DNA of 64,000 nucleotides from the NCBI GenBank assembly GCA_964548275.1, contig CAZJQI010000016.1, positions 3,892-67,891 on the forward strand, written 5' to 3'. The DNA comes from an uncultured Gemmatimonadales bacterium (GTDB lineage Bacteria; Gemmatimonadota; Glassbacteria; GWA2-58-10). The translations under genes and the position numbers were made by a program. The stretch's first letter is position 1. Each line of letters starts with the position of its first letter. Shown here piece by piece: positions 1 to 9,746 of the stretch. The notes beneath the pieces are model-generated. The model ran no database searches. It saw only the letters and a list, made by a program, of their open reading frames with translations, and had not been told where the DNA came from.

Positions 1-2
1 AC

Positions 3-470
3 AGCACTCTTCTGGAAATAAAAGAGCCGCTCGCTGATAACGTTCTTCTGGTCAAACGGGCGGCCGCTATGAATTTTACTCCTTCTCACGAGGCAGGCTC
101 CAATTATGTCCGGTTGACAGTTTCTACCTCCGAGCAAGACCCGGCATTTCCAAGAATCGAGGCCGGTTCGGGCACCATTGCAAACTTGGATTTCAATATA
201 AAAACCCCTGTGCAGAGCGGAAAGACCACAACCCTGCAGGTAAAATTGAGTGATGAAACCGAGCTGGCTTCACTGACAATGACCGCCCGCGAGTTTACCG
301 GCCCGTCTGCGGATGTCAGCGGGGACGGGAAAGAGGATATTTTCGACCTGCTCGATCTCCTCAATGTGCTCGGCGGCAATACCCCCAAAAGTGTATTCTC
401 GGATGTTAACGATGACGGTAAGACCGACATATTCGATCTTCTTGAGATATTGAGGCAGTTGAGCGGTTAA
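3..470 (+). CDS. 5'-truncated secreted protein: cohesin-like domain plus C-terminal dockerin
   Basis: The frame is open from the window edge (STLLEIKEPLADNVLLVKRAAAMNF...). It has a cohesin-like segment (..IEAGSGTIANLDFNIK..) and ends in a duplicated Ca-binding dockerin, ADVSGDGKEDIFDLLDLL...SDVNDDGKTDIFDLLEIL. Confidence 0.85.
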   Translation, partial: STLLEIKEPLADNVLLVKRAAAMNFTPSHEAGSNYVRLTVSTSEQDPAFPRIEAGSGTIANLDFNIKTPVQSGKTTTLQVKLSDETELASLTMTAREFTGPSADVSGDGKEDIFDLLDLLNVLGGNTPKSVFSDVNDDGKTDIFDLLEILRQLSG

Positions 471-516
471 TTATAAAAATCTGGGCTTTGAATTCACTTT
501 TGATTGATTGAATACT

Positions 517-549
517 GCAGGCCGGGCCGTTTGATCCAGCCGCTTTTTT
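517..549 (+). terminator. possible imperfect intrinsic terminator
   Basis: Imperfect GC-rich hairpin (GCAGGCCGGGCC..GATCCAGCCGC) followed by T6, 47 nt after the stop. Confidence 0.35.
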
Positions 550-737
550 AACTCTCGCCAGGAATTCTTCATCTCGTGGTGAGTGAAAGCTGGGAGCCGC
601 CTTCCAGTATTTTATTTCGAACATTTGCGTGCATAACCGCACATTTTCGTGCATAATCGAACATCGGTTTGGCCTCCTGAAAATCAATAGCGAGCACAAC
701 GGCTTGATTTTATGGCAGTTATACAGCCCACGAAATA

Positions 738-753
738 TGGCATTTAATATGCT
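738..753 (+). promoter_or_regulatory. sigma54 (-24/-12)-like promoter
   Basis: TGGCAT-TTAAT-ATGCT with exact GG-N10-GC spacing. Confidence 0.45.
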
Positions 754-867
754 CTGAATTTATTCCACTAATATTGTCAGGTTATTTTCACCATCCGAAA
801 AGTCATAAAAATTACAATAATATCACAAAAAGGTTTCAGATTGAATGGCCGGATTTTGTGCAGTCTT

Positions 868-882
868 TGGCACGTGATTTCC
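868..882 (+). promoter_or_regulatory. sigma54-like site with a perfect -24 and a variant -12
   Basis: TGGCACG-TGAT-TTCC versus consensus TGGCACG-N4-TTGC. Confidence 0.35.
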
Positions 883-912
883 GGCTTTTATTGAAGAATC
901 TTAATTTAATCA

Positions 913-1025
913 GGAAGTAGGTTCATTGCCCAAGCGGCTTGCCCTGCAACCGAGTTCGGCTTGAGTTGATCGAATCGGTTTATCAAGGTTGGAGACCCCC
1001 GGTTCAGCTCAGAGTGAATCCTTCC
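913..1025 (+). ncRNA. candidate structured RNA or leader element
   Basis: Closing stem GGAAG-ta-GGTTCATT (913-927) pairs with AGTGAATC-CTTCC (1013-1025). Inner hairpin AACCGA-G-TTCG (948-958) pairs with CGAA-TCGGTT (971-980). No family recognised. Confidence 0.3.
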
Positions 1026-1034
1026 CAGCGGTAA

Positions 1035-1053
1035 TGTTACTTGATGAGTAACA
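1035..1053. promoter_or_regulatory. palindromic operator or UAS candidate
   Basis: TGTTACT-N5-AGTAACA perfect 7-bp inverted repeat, 85-100 bp upstream of a sigma54-like site. Confidence 0.4.
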
Positions 1054-1137
1054 AAAGTAGAGACTTTCAGCAAACGGTGCATTTCGTAACTGATTGAAAT
1101 TAAAAGTCTTACCAGATAATACACCAGAGCGAAATTA

Positions 1138-1153
1138 TGGCACAAAAATTGAT
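1138..1153 (+). promoter_or_regulatory. sigma54-like promoter for the 1191 gene
   Basis: TGGCAC-AAAAA-TTGAT (one mismatch at -12), 38 nt before the ATG. Confidence 0.45.
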
Positions 1154-1190
1154 CACAAAATATTGGTTTTTACTAATTTAAGGGGGTGGT

Positions 1191-4100
1191 ATGTCTTCTT
1201 GGAAATCTGTCCGTACTTTATTCCTCTCTACATTCTTTACTCTCGCACTGATCTCCACCGCCCGGGCTTTAGAGCAGGACCATACCTGGTTCTTGAGCGG
1301 TACCCTCAATATTGGGGTTGACAACGAAATATTTATCGCTGTCGCCAACGACACCGCTTTCTCCGCAGCCGTAGTTGAGGTGCACTATGACACAACGCTT
1401 CTTGAGATTGGAACCGCTAGTCCGTCTCTTCTTAGCGAAGGTACCCATTTTGTACGTGTCGGTGAGCGGATGGATAGCATTGCCGTTATGGGCTCCAAGC
1501 CGGCAGGAACCGAAGGAGTGGCTCGCTTTACCCTTTATTCCACCGCTCAAACGGACCCTTATTATCACATAGTGGCCGGTACGGGTGATATTATCAAGCT
1601 GATTATCAAGGTCAAACCCGGAGTAGAATCCGGCGCCACAACGCTCGAACTCACCAAAACTAATTCCGGGGTATCGCTCACTACCCTTCGACTGGATATA
1701 ACGGCTCCAGAGGGTAATGTAGCTCCGAGTTGGAGTGTGTCAGCAGTCACCCTGAATTTAACCGAGGGCTCGCTTTTCACCCATGTTTTCGATGCTCCGG
1801 TTGATCGCGACCCGGGCGATCAATATGAGCTTTCTGCCCCCAATCTTCCCGGAGATGCGCAGTTCGATCCACTTTCCCGTACTTTCACCTGGACACCGGG
1901 CTTTGAGGATGCCGGAACCTACGAGTTCGTTATCACAGCCACGGACCTCGAGGGTACAAAGGGCTACCTGACCGTAACCCTCATTGTCGAAAACGTCAAC
2001 CAGCCTCCTGTGCTGACTGTCGCCCAGGAATCATACGAATTGAACCAGGGCGAGCCTCTGAGCTTCAGCATCAAGGCCGAAGATCCGGACGGACAGCGGG
2101 TTACTGTAACCGCTGCCGGTCTTCCCGCCGGAGCCACTTTCGTCTATCCTGTGTTCAACTGGCTCTCCGCAAAGGCGGGCCAGCATACGGTTACTTTCAC
2201 CGCCGAGGACCCGGATGGTCTAACCGACTCCAAATCTGTCGCGATCACGGTTACAGCGGTTAACCGGGCGCCTGACTTCGCAGCCGTTAATGATACGACG
2301 ATTGAAACCGGCACAGCGTTGGTACTCACCCTGAGCGCCACAGATCCGGATGGAGATCAGCCGCTTACTTACTCTGTTGTGCTTGCCAGTGAAACGGATA
2401 ATATCCTCACCCGCGGGGCGACTTTGAGCGGCAACGTGTTCAGCTGGACACCCGCCGCCACGGATATCGGTCCGAATATCGTTCTTTTCAAGGTTGGAGA
2501 TCCCGGGGGTTTGAGCGATGAGCTCTCGGTGAAGATCACTGTCACTGTCACCGGGCGCAATGTAACCGCCCCGGTGGCCTTCGCCGATTTCGGTGAGATA
2601 GTGATCGATGAGGGAGCCGAATACAGCCTCCAGTTGCCGCTTCTCGATCCAAGCCTGGAGAACCTGACATACTGGGCGCTTGGCTTACCTGAAGGCTCAA
2701 GTCTGGATTCTGAGACCGGTCTTTTCGCCTGGACTCCCACTCTACTGCAGTCAGGAACCTACACTGTTACTTTCGGAGTCAGTGACGGCAGCTTCCAGGA
2801 TGAGGCGGAAGTGGTGATCACAGTCGCGGAGACGGACGTGCTTCCGGATCTTCATTCTATCGACGGTCTGCCAATCGGCAATCTGATAGTGAACGAAGGC
2901 GAGCTTTTATCTGTTGTGCTCGAAGCCGAGGATGCAAGCGGCGAACAGGTTACTTTTAGCGCCGCCGGACTTCCCGCAGGCGCTCAGCTTTTCACTCTGG
3001 GCCTTTTGACTTACGAGCCTGGCTACGATGCGGCCGGCGATTACACGGTGACTTTTACTGTGACCGACGCCTCCGGCAATATTGACGAAGAGACGATTAC
3101 TCTGACAGTGGTGGATGTCAACCGCGAGCCTGTGCTGGCTGCCCTGGATAATCGGGCTGTGCAGGAAAACCAGAGGCTTAGTTTCACTGTTACCGCGACT
3201 GACCCGGACGGTGATGATTTCACTCTCGGCTCGGGAGACCTTCCCACCGGCGCCTCTTTCAACCCGGCAACCGGCGTTTTCGAGTGGACACCAGGGCAGC
3301 AACAGAGCGGAAACTACGAGATCCTTTTCACTGCCGATGACGGCCTGGCAGGCGGTGTTGACAGCCTGGTGGTTATTGTCTCTGTCGGAAACGTGAACCG
3401 GCCTCCTAAGATCGACCCGGTGGGCAACCAGGTGGTTGCCGAGGGACAGAGCCTTTCTTTCCAGGTCACTGCCTCGGACCCGGACCTCGACGATGCACTC
3501 ACAATCTCGGCCACCGGCCTGCCGGTCACACCGCAGGTCTCTCAGAGCGGGACTAACCCGGCCTATGCCACGATCACCTTGACTCCCGGCTATCTGCATC
3601 AAGGTACATATAATGTGGTGGTGACCGCCACGGATAACGATACCCAGCCTTTGAGTTCTTATGCGAAATTCACCCTCGAGGTGATCGATGTAGATGTCGC
3701 CCCTGCGTTCACCGGTGTGCTTGCCGGAACCGGGCCTTACGAGGTGACAGTCAAGGAGAATGAACCTCTCCAGATCACTGTGACTGCAGTAGACCCGGGA
3801 GGCGACAGACTCAGCTTCTCTGCGACAGGGTTGCCGCAAAACGCGCGCCTGGATCTTTCCGGCACAGCGGCGGATGCAAATCTGATTTTTACTCCCAGCT
3901 TCACCCAGTCAGGTCTGCACCTATTCGACATTCTTGTAACTGACGGCAGCAAGGTGGTTACCAAGAGGGTCAGCGTTACAGTGGCGGATGTCAATCGGCC
4001 CCCGCGGGTGCCTCCGATTGAGGATCAGTCGGTAATTGAAGACAACATTATTACCTTTGCGGTTGAAGCCACCGATCCCGACGGCGACAGCTTCGAGTTG

Positions 4101-5396
4101 TTCACTGCCGGCCGTGTGCCGTTTCTGACCGAGGGTGTGCCGCCGCCGGCCTGGATCCGCGACGGCAACGTCTTTGTTTTTGACACGGACCTGGTACCGG
4201 AAGAAGAGCAGATCAAGTCCGCAGTTTTCCTTTTCTGGGCCGTAGATGCACGCGACTCCGTGAGCGACACGGTACAGGTCGAGATCGCGGTGATTCGTGC
4301 CGATTCGCAGCAGGTGACCGATTTATCCAGCGGACTTGTCCAGTTGGCAGCCACGACAACGCTGACCACTCCCGGAATGGGGTTGAGCATCAACCTTGAC
4401 AATAACAGCGGTAATACAGTCTCCGGGCCTTTAGATTATTTCGAGAAATCAGGATTTATAAATCCCCTGTCAGGGTCCACTATCCTGGCAGGCGCGGGCG
4501 AAAAACCGGTAAAGAGTAAAGGAGTCTATAACTTTACCTATCTGGCCGGGGAACTCACCAGCCAGTTCTACGGTATCCGCCGCGGCTGGGGTGTGGACCT
4601 CACCGCGTTCGCTGCCGCCACAGGTGCGGATTCACTCCTGCCTGGCCTGGGCGCAACTGTTACTATCAGCTATTTCCAGGAGGACCTCCCCACCGAAATA
4701 CCCAATTTCACCGAAGAAAGACTGAAAGTTTTTGGATATGATGGGTTGGCAGGTACCTGGGTCATGCTGGACAGCGCCTCGGTTGACACGGCGACAAACG
4801 TGGCCACTTTCAAACTGACAAATCCAAACTTTATCGATTACACTGTAGGCGCGGTGCTGGACGTGGTCGCTCCGCTGATCACCGACCTCGAGGTCAAGGC
4901 CGGCAATTTCACGGTCAGCTCCACCGGCGTGGATACTCTTTACAACCTGGAAGGCGCCTACGAATTCCGCGTCAATATCACCGATGATGAAATTGTCAAT
5001 CCCACTGACGCCAAGATCTTTTACGCGGTCGGCGCCGGGAGTTTCACCGAAGAGCCGCTTATCCGCTCCGGGCCGAACCTCTTTACTGCAGCTATCGAGG
5101 AGGGAACTCTGGTCAGCGGAACGGTTATCCGCTACTATGTGCTGGCAATGGATGAAATGAACAGCGTAACCTCCCCCCAGGGAGCCCCGGAGAGCTACTA
5201 CGAACTGGTGTTGCTGGAATACACCGGCCAGCCCGGAGATCTTGACGGCAACACCAAGGTGGATATTTTCGACCTGCTCGAACTGCTTAAAGTTCTGGGC
5301 GGGAGTGTGCAGCCAGGTGTTTTCTCGGATGTTGACCAAAACCAAAAGACCGACATATTCGATCTTCTGGAGCTTTTAAAAATTCTCGCAGGTTAA
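1191..5396 (+). CDS. large secreted adhesin/scaffold-like protein: signal peptide, cohesin-like domain, about 9 cadherin-like/He_PIG Ig repeats, further beta domains, C-terminal dockerin
   Basis: Signal peptide ending in ARA. Repeats begin N(V/Q/R)xP and carry DPDGD and LPxGAxF..F.WTP motifs. The protein ends GDLDGNTKVDIFDLLELLK...SDVDQNQKTDIFDLLELLKILAG. Confidence 0.9.
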   Translation: MSSWKSVRTLFLSTFFTLALISTARALEQDHTWFLSGTLNIGVDNEIFIAVANDTAFSAAVVEVHYDTTLLEIGTASPSLLSEGTHFVRVGERMDSIAVMGSKPAGTEGVARFTLYSTAQTDPYYHIVAGTGDIIKLIIKVKPGVESGATTLELTKTNSGVSLTTLRLDITAPEGNVAPSWSVSAVTLNLTEGSLFTHVFDAPVDRDPGDQYELSAPNLPGDAQFDPLSRTFTWTPGFEDAGTYEFVITATDLEGTKGYLTVTLIVENVNQPPVLTVAQESYELNQGEPLSFSIKAEDPDGQRVTVTAAGLPAGATFVYPVFNWLSAKAGQHTVTFTAEDPDGLTDSKSVAITVTAVNRAPDFAAVNDTTIETGTALVLTLSATDPDGDQPLTYSVVLASETDNILTRGATLSGNVFSWTPAATDIGPNIVLFKVGDPGGLSDELSVKITVTVTGRNVTAPVAFADFGEIVIDEGAEYSLQLPLLDPSLENLTYWALGLPEGSSLDSETGLFAWTPTLLQSGTYTVTFGVSDGSFQDEAEVVITVAETDVLPDLHSIDGLPIGNLIVNEGELLSVVLEAEDASGEQVTFSAAGLPAGAQLFTLGLLTYEPGYDAAGDYTVTFTVTDASGNIDEETITLTVVDVNREPVLAALDNRAVQENQRLSFTVTATDPDGDDFTLGSGDLPTGASFNPATGVFEWTPGQQQSGNYEILFTADDGLAGGVDSLVVIVSVGNVNRPPKIDPVGNQVVAEGQSLSFQVTASDPDLDDALTISATGLPVTPQVSQSGTNPAYATITLTPGYLHQGTYNVVVTATDNDTQPLSSYAKFTLEVIDVDVAPAFTGVLAGTGPYEVTVKENEPLQITVTAVDPGGDRLSFSATGLPQNARLDLSGTAADANLIFTPSFTQSGLHLFDILVTDGSKVVTKRVSVTVADVNRPPRVPPIEDQSVIEDNIITFAVEATDPDGDSFELFTAGRVPFLTEGVPPPAWIRDGNVFVFDTDLVPEEEQIKSAVFLFWAVDARDSVSDTVQVEIAVIRADSQQVTDLSSGLVQLAATTTLTTPGMGLSINLDNNSGNTVSGPLDYFEKSGFINPLSGSTILAGAGEKPVKSKGVYNFTYLAGELTSQFYGIRRGWGVDLTAFAAATGADSLLPGLGATVTISYFQEDLPTEIPNFTEERLKVFGYDGLAGTWVMLDSASVDTATNVATFKLTNPNFIDYTVGAVLDVVAPLITDLEVKAGNFTVSSTGVDTLYNLEGAYEFRVNITDDEIVNPTDAKIFYAVGAGSFTEEPLIRSGPNLFTAAIEEGTLVSGTVIRYYVLAMDEMNSVTSPQGAPESYYELVLLEYTGQPGDLDGNTKVDIFDLLELLKVLGGSVQPGVFSDVDQNQKTDIFDLLELLKILAG

Positions 5397-5519
5397 TTAT
5401 TTCCGAGGTTAAAATTTATGTTTTTTCAATTTTCAAAACTTATCAAGGAGGACTATGGAAAAACTGACTGGCAATGGTTTTACAATTTTTTTCAAAACTT
5501 GTTTCTTGACAGAAAATTC

Positions 5520-5548
5520 TTGACAAAAAATTGGCGGAACTGTATAAT
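5520..5548 (+). promoter_or_regulatory. perfect-consensus sigma70 promoter
   Basis: TTGACA (5520-5525), 17 nt, TATAAT (5543-5548). The -35 lies within a 14-bp tandem duplication TTCTTGACAGAAAA/TTCTTGACAAAAAA (5503-5530). Confidence 0.85.
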
Positions 5549-5836
5549 TGGTCTAATTTGGGGTTTTCAAGGTAATCGTAAATTTTTCAACAGTCCGCTA
5601 AGCCATTGCCATATCTACACTTAGATGCATTTTCGAGCTATAACGAAAATCAAAAGGAGGGGTGTGCATTTCTGACTATTTTCTTGTTTTCCGGATTGTG
5701 GTAAGACTTTTGTAACAGACTTGGTAACAAATGCTTAATTCATTTTAGTGGGGGAATGTCTATGAAGAAAAGCCGACTGCCTTTGCCATACGGCATAACA
5801 GAGTTATCAAGAAACATCAAAAGGAGGACATCACTT

Positions 5837-8800
5837 ATGAAGTCTCGTCTTTTGTCCAGTGCAACAGCATTAGTTCTGTTGCTTGGTTTTGTAAGCACCA
5901 ATCTCTTTGGTCAAATAACCAATGCGGCCTCGGTTGGATTCTTGGTTAAAAGTTTTTCCAGGACGGGTGTTGCCACCACGGAAGGCTCCCAGACTGCTAG
6001 TGCCGGTCTGGATACGGTTGGCCGCGGGATGGAGGTTTTCGCCCGTTGGGAAACGCCGAGTCAGTTTTTGACCTCTGTTGATTATACGATAACTTTCCCT
6101 AAGGGAACGGTGCTGTTTGCGAATGCTGAGGACAGCGTCTATATCAATTACAAGGACAATACCTCGGAAGTCCAGATCAAAGTCGATCCTGCGAACGTTG
6201 CAGTTGTCGCCAATGACACGGCGGGTTATTTGTCTGGCAAAACTCCTTCGATCAAGGTTACCGATTATAACACCTTCTCCGGCGACAAAGTTGTTACCGT
6301 GAAGATGCTTAAAGGTATATACATCGGTAAATCGCTGGGCGATGTCAATTCCGAGGGCACCGCGCCGAATAAGAGGATGAAGTTCTCGCTGGAGCATTCA
6401 GCCAGCGCCGGCACGGTGATCAGCGACGTCACCAACTTCTACGCTGTGAACGACCTGGTAGCCGGAGTGCAGGTCAACACGGATGTCACCGGCTACATTG
6501 ATAATGCCACTAACTGGTCGAACATCGACTCCCTGGCCTTTGTTGACCGTTTCGGCAACTACGTGCCCGATTTCATGTCCGGAGCGTCTCAGGAAGACAC
6601 ACTCACGATCGGCGTCCCTGAAGGTGCCGGCGCGTTTGCCGACAGTGCAGAGGCCGACAGTGCCCTCCTCCGAACCGCAGGTACTCTGTTGCCGCATACA
6701 AACGGATATATGGCGTACACCGGTGACCCGGACAGCACGCTGGAGCTTACGCTTTCCAGCGGCGGGGGTTTTGGAACAGGCGCTAACGTTATTTACCACC
6801 AGAGAACTGCAAGCAAGTCAGTGGTTATCTATCTCGGTGCGGTAACATTGAACAGTGATGGTGCTCTCGGCCTGACCTTTGATGCGCCCACCGGCGCGAC
6901 CGAGACCAAGTTTACATTTACGGTCGTTGGGCCGAGGGTTAACTCAGGTACAGTCCTGAACGTTGATGCAACGGCTGTGACCGAGGTTACTAGGGACATC
7001 CTGCCCGTTGAAGAGGAAAAGAAGATCGGAACTCTCGTTCTTGCTACCGCGGCCACAGGCACTAACTACAACGGTGAGGCTTTGAGCGGTGGCTTCACTC
7101 TCACCCTGAAGAACATATTCGGTGAGAGTTTCGACGGTGGTGCTGTCGGTACTATTTCCGATTCCGTGAGTCTTACTTTGAAGTATCGAAAAGGTACTTA
7201 CGACGTAGATGAGGAGGAGTGGTCGTATGCGATCGACCCAACGCTGACCGGGTTGCTGACTTCCGGCGGCCTTGTTACCAGCGTGTACACCAGGCCGGCT
7301 ACCGAGCTTACAGGGACAGGTATCAGCGATGCTATGAATGTGGTTGGCCTTACCCTTACAGCCGGCGTTTGCACCGTGGCTGCCCCGGTATATCTCGGCA
7401 CGACCTCGCATCCCATTGGCGACTCGATTTACGTTGTCGCCGCGGCCTTTAATAACCCAGATGTTCGCGACAGCGTGCTCATTTCGGTTGAGCCGAGCGT
7501 GCCGGTTGCCTTCGATCTGGATACCCTGAAAGTCAATCTGGCCATAGCCAATGCCGAGAACAATATCATAAAAGGCGAGCCGATTGCGATCAATCTGCCG
7601 ATGTTCGCTCTTGATACCGCATATAACCGGGTTTCTAATTTGAGCCTGGTTACAGAAGCCGGTTATCTGGATGCTCTCAGTGCATATCCTGCAGTTGACG
7701 GGATCAACTTCCTGATGGACCTGCGCGATCCTGTCGGTTACAGGAGTACGACGGAACAGGATTCGATCCTTTTTGCCACGGTTGGTTCTGCCCGTGAGGA
7801 CAGCTCGTATATTTATGACCTTACAGTGGCAAGAGATGACAGCAGCAAGATCAACCTCGGCGGCGTGGGGGATGATTCCCTGGGTATGAGCCTGTTATAC
7901 GCAGCAGGTATCAACTTCAAGATAAGCATTGTCTGGGATCCCGGTGCGGTTCCTGGCGGCGCCCTAACTTTTGCAGAGAGAAGAATTGATCTGGGCCTGT
8001 TCAACATCGCGCCGGTTGCTACCACCGACAGCGTGGAGAGTATTACCCAGGTATCTGATCCGGATACGGTGGGTGCGACGCACGATCTTATACTTTCCTT
8101 CGTGATACCTATGGATCCCGCGAACAGCATCGGTCCGAACCTGGATGAGAAGTTGTTCTACATCGACTTCCCCGATCTGCCGGAAGTCGATGTGATAGCC
8201 TGGGATACTATCAAGGTCTCCACGGACAATGTCAACTATTACGCGGCTCTCAGCGTGAGCCAGGCTGATGACTCGCTCTGGATCGCCACGCCGATCGAGT
8301 TGAACTCTATCCTTGCGGACTTGACCGTCTGGGTTAAATTCCTGGATTTCGTCAACCCGTCCGTTGCGGATACGATAGGTTACACTATTCAGATGAAAAC
8401 CGAGGCCTGCCCGGTACTGGCCACGAACCTCGATGCTTTGGTTGTATTGCCCGCACCCACCGGGCCGACACCAGGCGCACCTACTGAGTTTACTGTCGTA
8501 ACTCTGCCGGATTCGCTCACCCCGGATACACTAACCGCTCAGGATATAGCTATTAATGCGGTTGACGCCGACTCGATTAAAAAAGTGTACATTAATATCT
8601 ATGAGAGTACACTTACGCTTGACGAGACAACCCATTTGTTCGTCGAGTCCGATCCGGTCGTCACAGTGGATTCGCTCGTTTACACGACTTATCCGGAAAC
8701 CGTGGAGGTGTCCAAGAGCATACCGGCCAAAGATCTGGCAACGAAGATTGGGATCGATCTCACTGTGATCGATGCTACTGATGATACTGTGACTTCGGAT

Positions 8801-9733
8801 AAGAAGAGCTATCTAATCGCTCCGTTGCGCGGTAAACGGAAACTGAGCACAGATGCGGTAAACGTGGCCGACCTGATGCGTTGCGTTTACCTGGTGGCCG
8901 GAGTGGTCGAAACACCCAAGGTCGTAGACTGGTTCGGTCTCGATCTGGATCAGAGCGGTGCTTTCGATGCGCTTGACCTTCAAGCCGTGCTTGCGATCTG
9001 GAGAGGAACCGGAACGTTACTGGCCTCCGCTTCCGGGGAACTGGCCAGCGAAGCCAAAGTCGAGCTTTCTTACGAGGCAGTCGACAAGGCCAACGCGAAC
9101 CTCATGGTCAGCCTCGAAAACAACGGTATCTTGAATATGGGTGTATTCCGGGTCAAGTACGACACAGAGAAATACGTGTTAGGCGATGCCAGTGCAACCG
9201 GACGTCTTGAAGACCTTACTGTGGTCTCGCATAACAACGAGGCTGAAGGTGAGTACAGTATAGTGGTGGTCAACGTTAACGGCCGCCCGATAGTCTCCGG
9301 TACTGGTGTGATTCTGACCATTCCTGTCTCGGCGGTTGGGGAGAAGTTTGACGGCATAGGAGAAATCTCGCTGCTGAGTGCCGGTTTCGAGTCGAGCGTC
9401 ACGACGGAGTTGAGCCGCGAGGCTCTGGCCCTGAAGGTAGCGCTGCCGAAAGCCTTTGCCTTGAGCCAGAACTTCCCTAACCCGTTCAACCCCTCAACGA
9501 CAATTGCCTTTGATATACCTGAAGGCAAGGAAGTCAGTGTCCGGCTGAACGTTTACAACATGCGCGGACAGCTCGTACGCACACTGGTCAACGAGCTCAA
9601 GAGCGAAGGCTCTTACCAGATCCAGTGGGACGGCACGGACAATTACGGCCGCAGAGTTTCTTCCGGAGTCTACTTCTACCGGATTACAACCGGTGAGTTC
9701 AGTCAGACTCGAAAGATGGTGATCCTCAAATAA
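5837..9733 (+). CDS. large secreted surface (S-layer-like) protein with divergent dockerin, cohesin-like domain and T9SS-type-A/FlgD-Ig CTD
   Basis: AAGGAGG RBS before ATG 5837, followed by a signal peptide and an acidic Thr/Val/Asp-rich beta body. Then VNVADLMRCV..DLDQSGAFDALDL, a cohesin-like domain (FRVKYDTEKY..GTGVILTI) and the CTD LPKAFALSQNFPNPFNPSTTI...SGVYFYRI...RKMVILK. Confidence 0.9.
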   Translation: MKSRLLSSATALVLLLGFVSTNLFGQITNAASVGFLVKSFSRTGVATTEGSQTASAGLDTVGRGMEVFARWETPSQFLTSVDYTITFPKGTVLFANAEDSVYINYKDNTSEVQIKVDPANVAVVANDTAGYLSGKTPSIKVTDYNTFSGDKVVTVKMLKGIYIGKSLGDVNSEGTAPNKRMKFSLEHSASAGTVISDVTNFYAVNDLVAGVQVNTDVTGYIDNATNWSNIDSLAFVDRFGNYVPDFMSGASQEDTLTIGVPEGAGAFADSAEADSALLRTAGTLLPHTNGYMAYTGDPDSTLELTLSSGGGFGTGANVIYHQRTASKSVVIYLGAVTLNSDGALGLTFDAPTGATETKFTFTVVGPRVNSGTVLNVDATAVTEVTRDILPVEEEKKIGTLVLATAATGTNYNGEALSGGFTLTLKNIFGESFDGGAVGTISDSVSLTLKYRKGTYDVDEEEWSYAIDPTLTGLLTSGGLVTSVYTRPATELTGTGISDAMNVVGLTLTAGVCTVAAPVYLGTTSHPIGDSIYVVAAAFNNPDVRDSVLISVEPSVPVAFDLDTLKVNLAIANAENNIIKGEPIAINLPMFALDTAYNRVSNLSLVTEAGYLDALSAYPAVDGINFLMDLRDPVGYRSTTEQDSILFATVGSAREDSSYIYDLTVARDDSSKINLGGVGDDSLGMSLLYAAGINFKISIVWDPGAVPGGALTFAERRIDLGLFNIAPVATTDSVESITQVSDPDTVGATHDLILSFVIPMDPANSIGPNLDEKLFYIDFPDLPEVDVIAWDTIKVSTDNVNYYAALSVSQADDSLWIATPIELNSILADLTVWVKFLDFVNPSVADTIGYTIQMKTEACPVLATNLDALVVLPAPTGPTPGAPTEFTVVTLPDSLTPDTLTAQDIAINAVDADSIKKVYINIYESTLTLDETTHLFVESDPVVTVDSLVYTTYPETVEVSKSIPAKDLATKIGIDLTVIDATDDTVTSDKKSYLIAPLRGKRKLSTDAVNVADLMRCVYLVAGVVETPKVVDWFGLDLDQSGAFDALDLQAVLAIWRGTGTLLASASGELASEAKVELSYEAVDKANANLMVSLENNGILNMGVFRVKYDTEKYVLGDASATGRLEDLTVVSHNNEAEGEYSIVVVNVNGRPIVSGTGVILTIPVSAVGEKFDGIGEISLLSAGFESSVTTELSREALALKVALPKAFALSQNFPNPFNPSTTIAFDIPEGKEVSVRLNVYNMRGQLVRTLVNELKSEGSYQIQWDGTDNYGRRVSSGVYFYRITTGEFSQTRKMVILK

Positions 9734-9746
9734 GAGGATAACGGCT

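Noticed and set aside
335-5400. Diversity-generating retroelement TR/VR pair (two similar 140-nt blocks at gene 3' ends)
   Set aside because: Both copies are coding, the mismatches are not adenine-specific, and no reverse transcriptase is present in the window
5418-5624. 68-aa ORF in the ORF track
   Set aside because: AT-rich, overlaps the consensus sigma70 promoter, and has no RBS or protein-like features
5756-5836. Upstream in-frame start of the 1325-aa ORF
   Set aside because: ATG 5837 has an AAGGAGG RBS and gives a proper signal peptide. Similar over-extensions were trimmed for ORFs at 31946, 32998, 33222, 35384, 43744, 51743 and 58709
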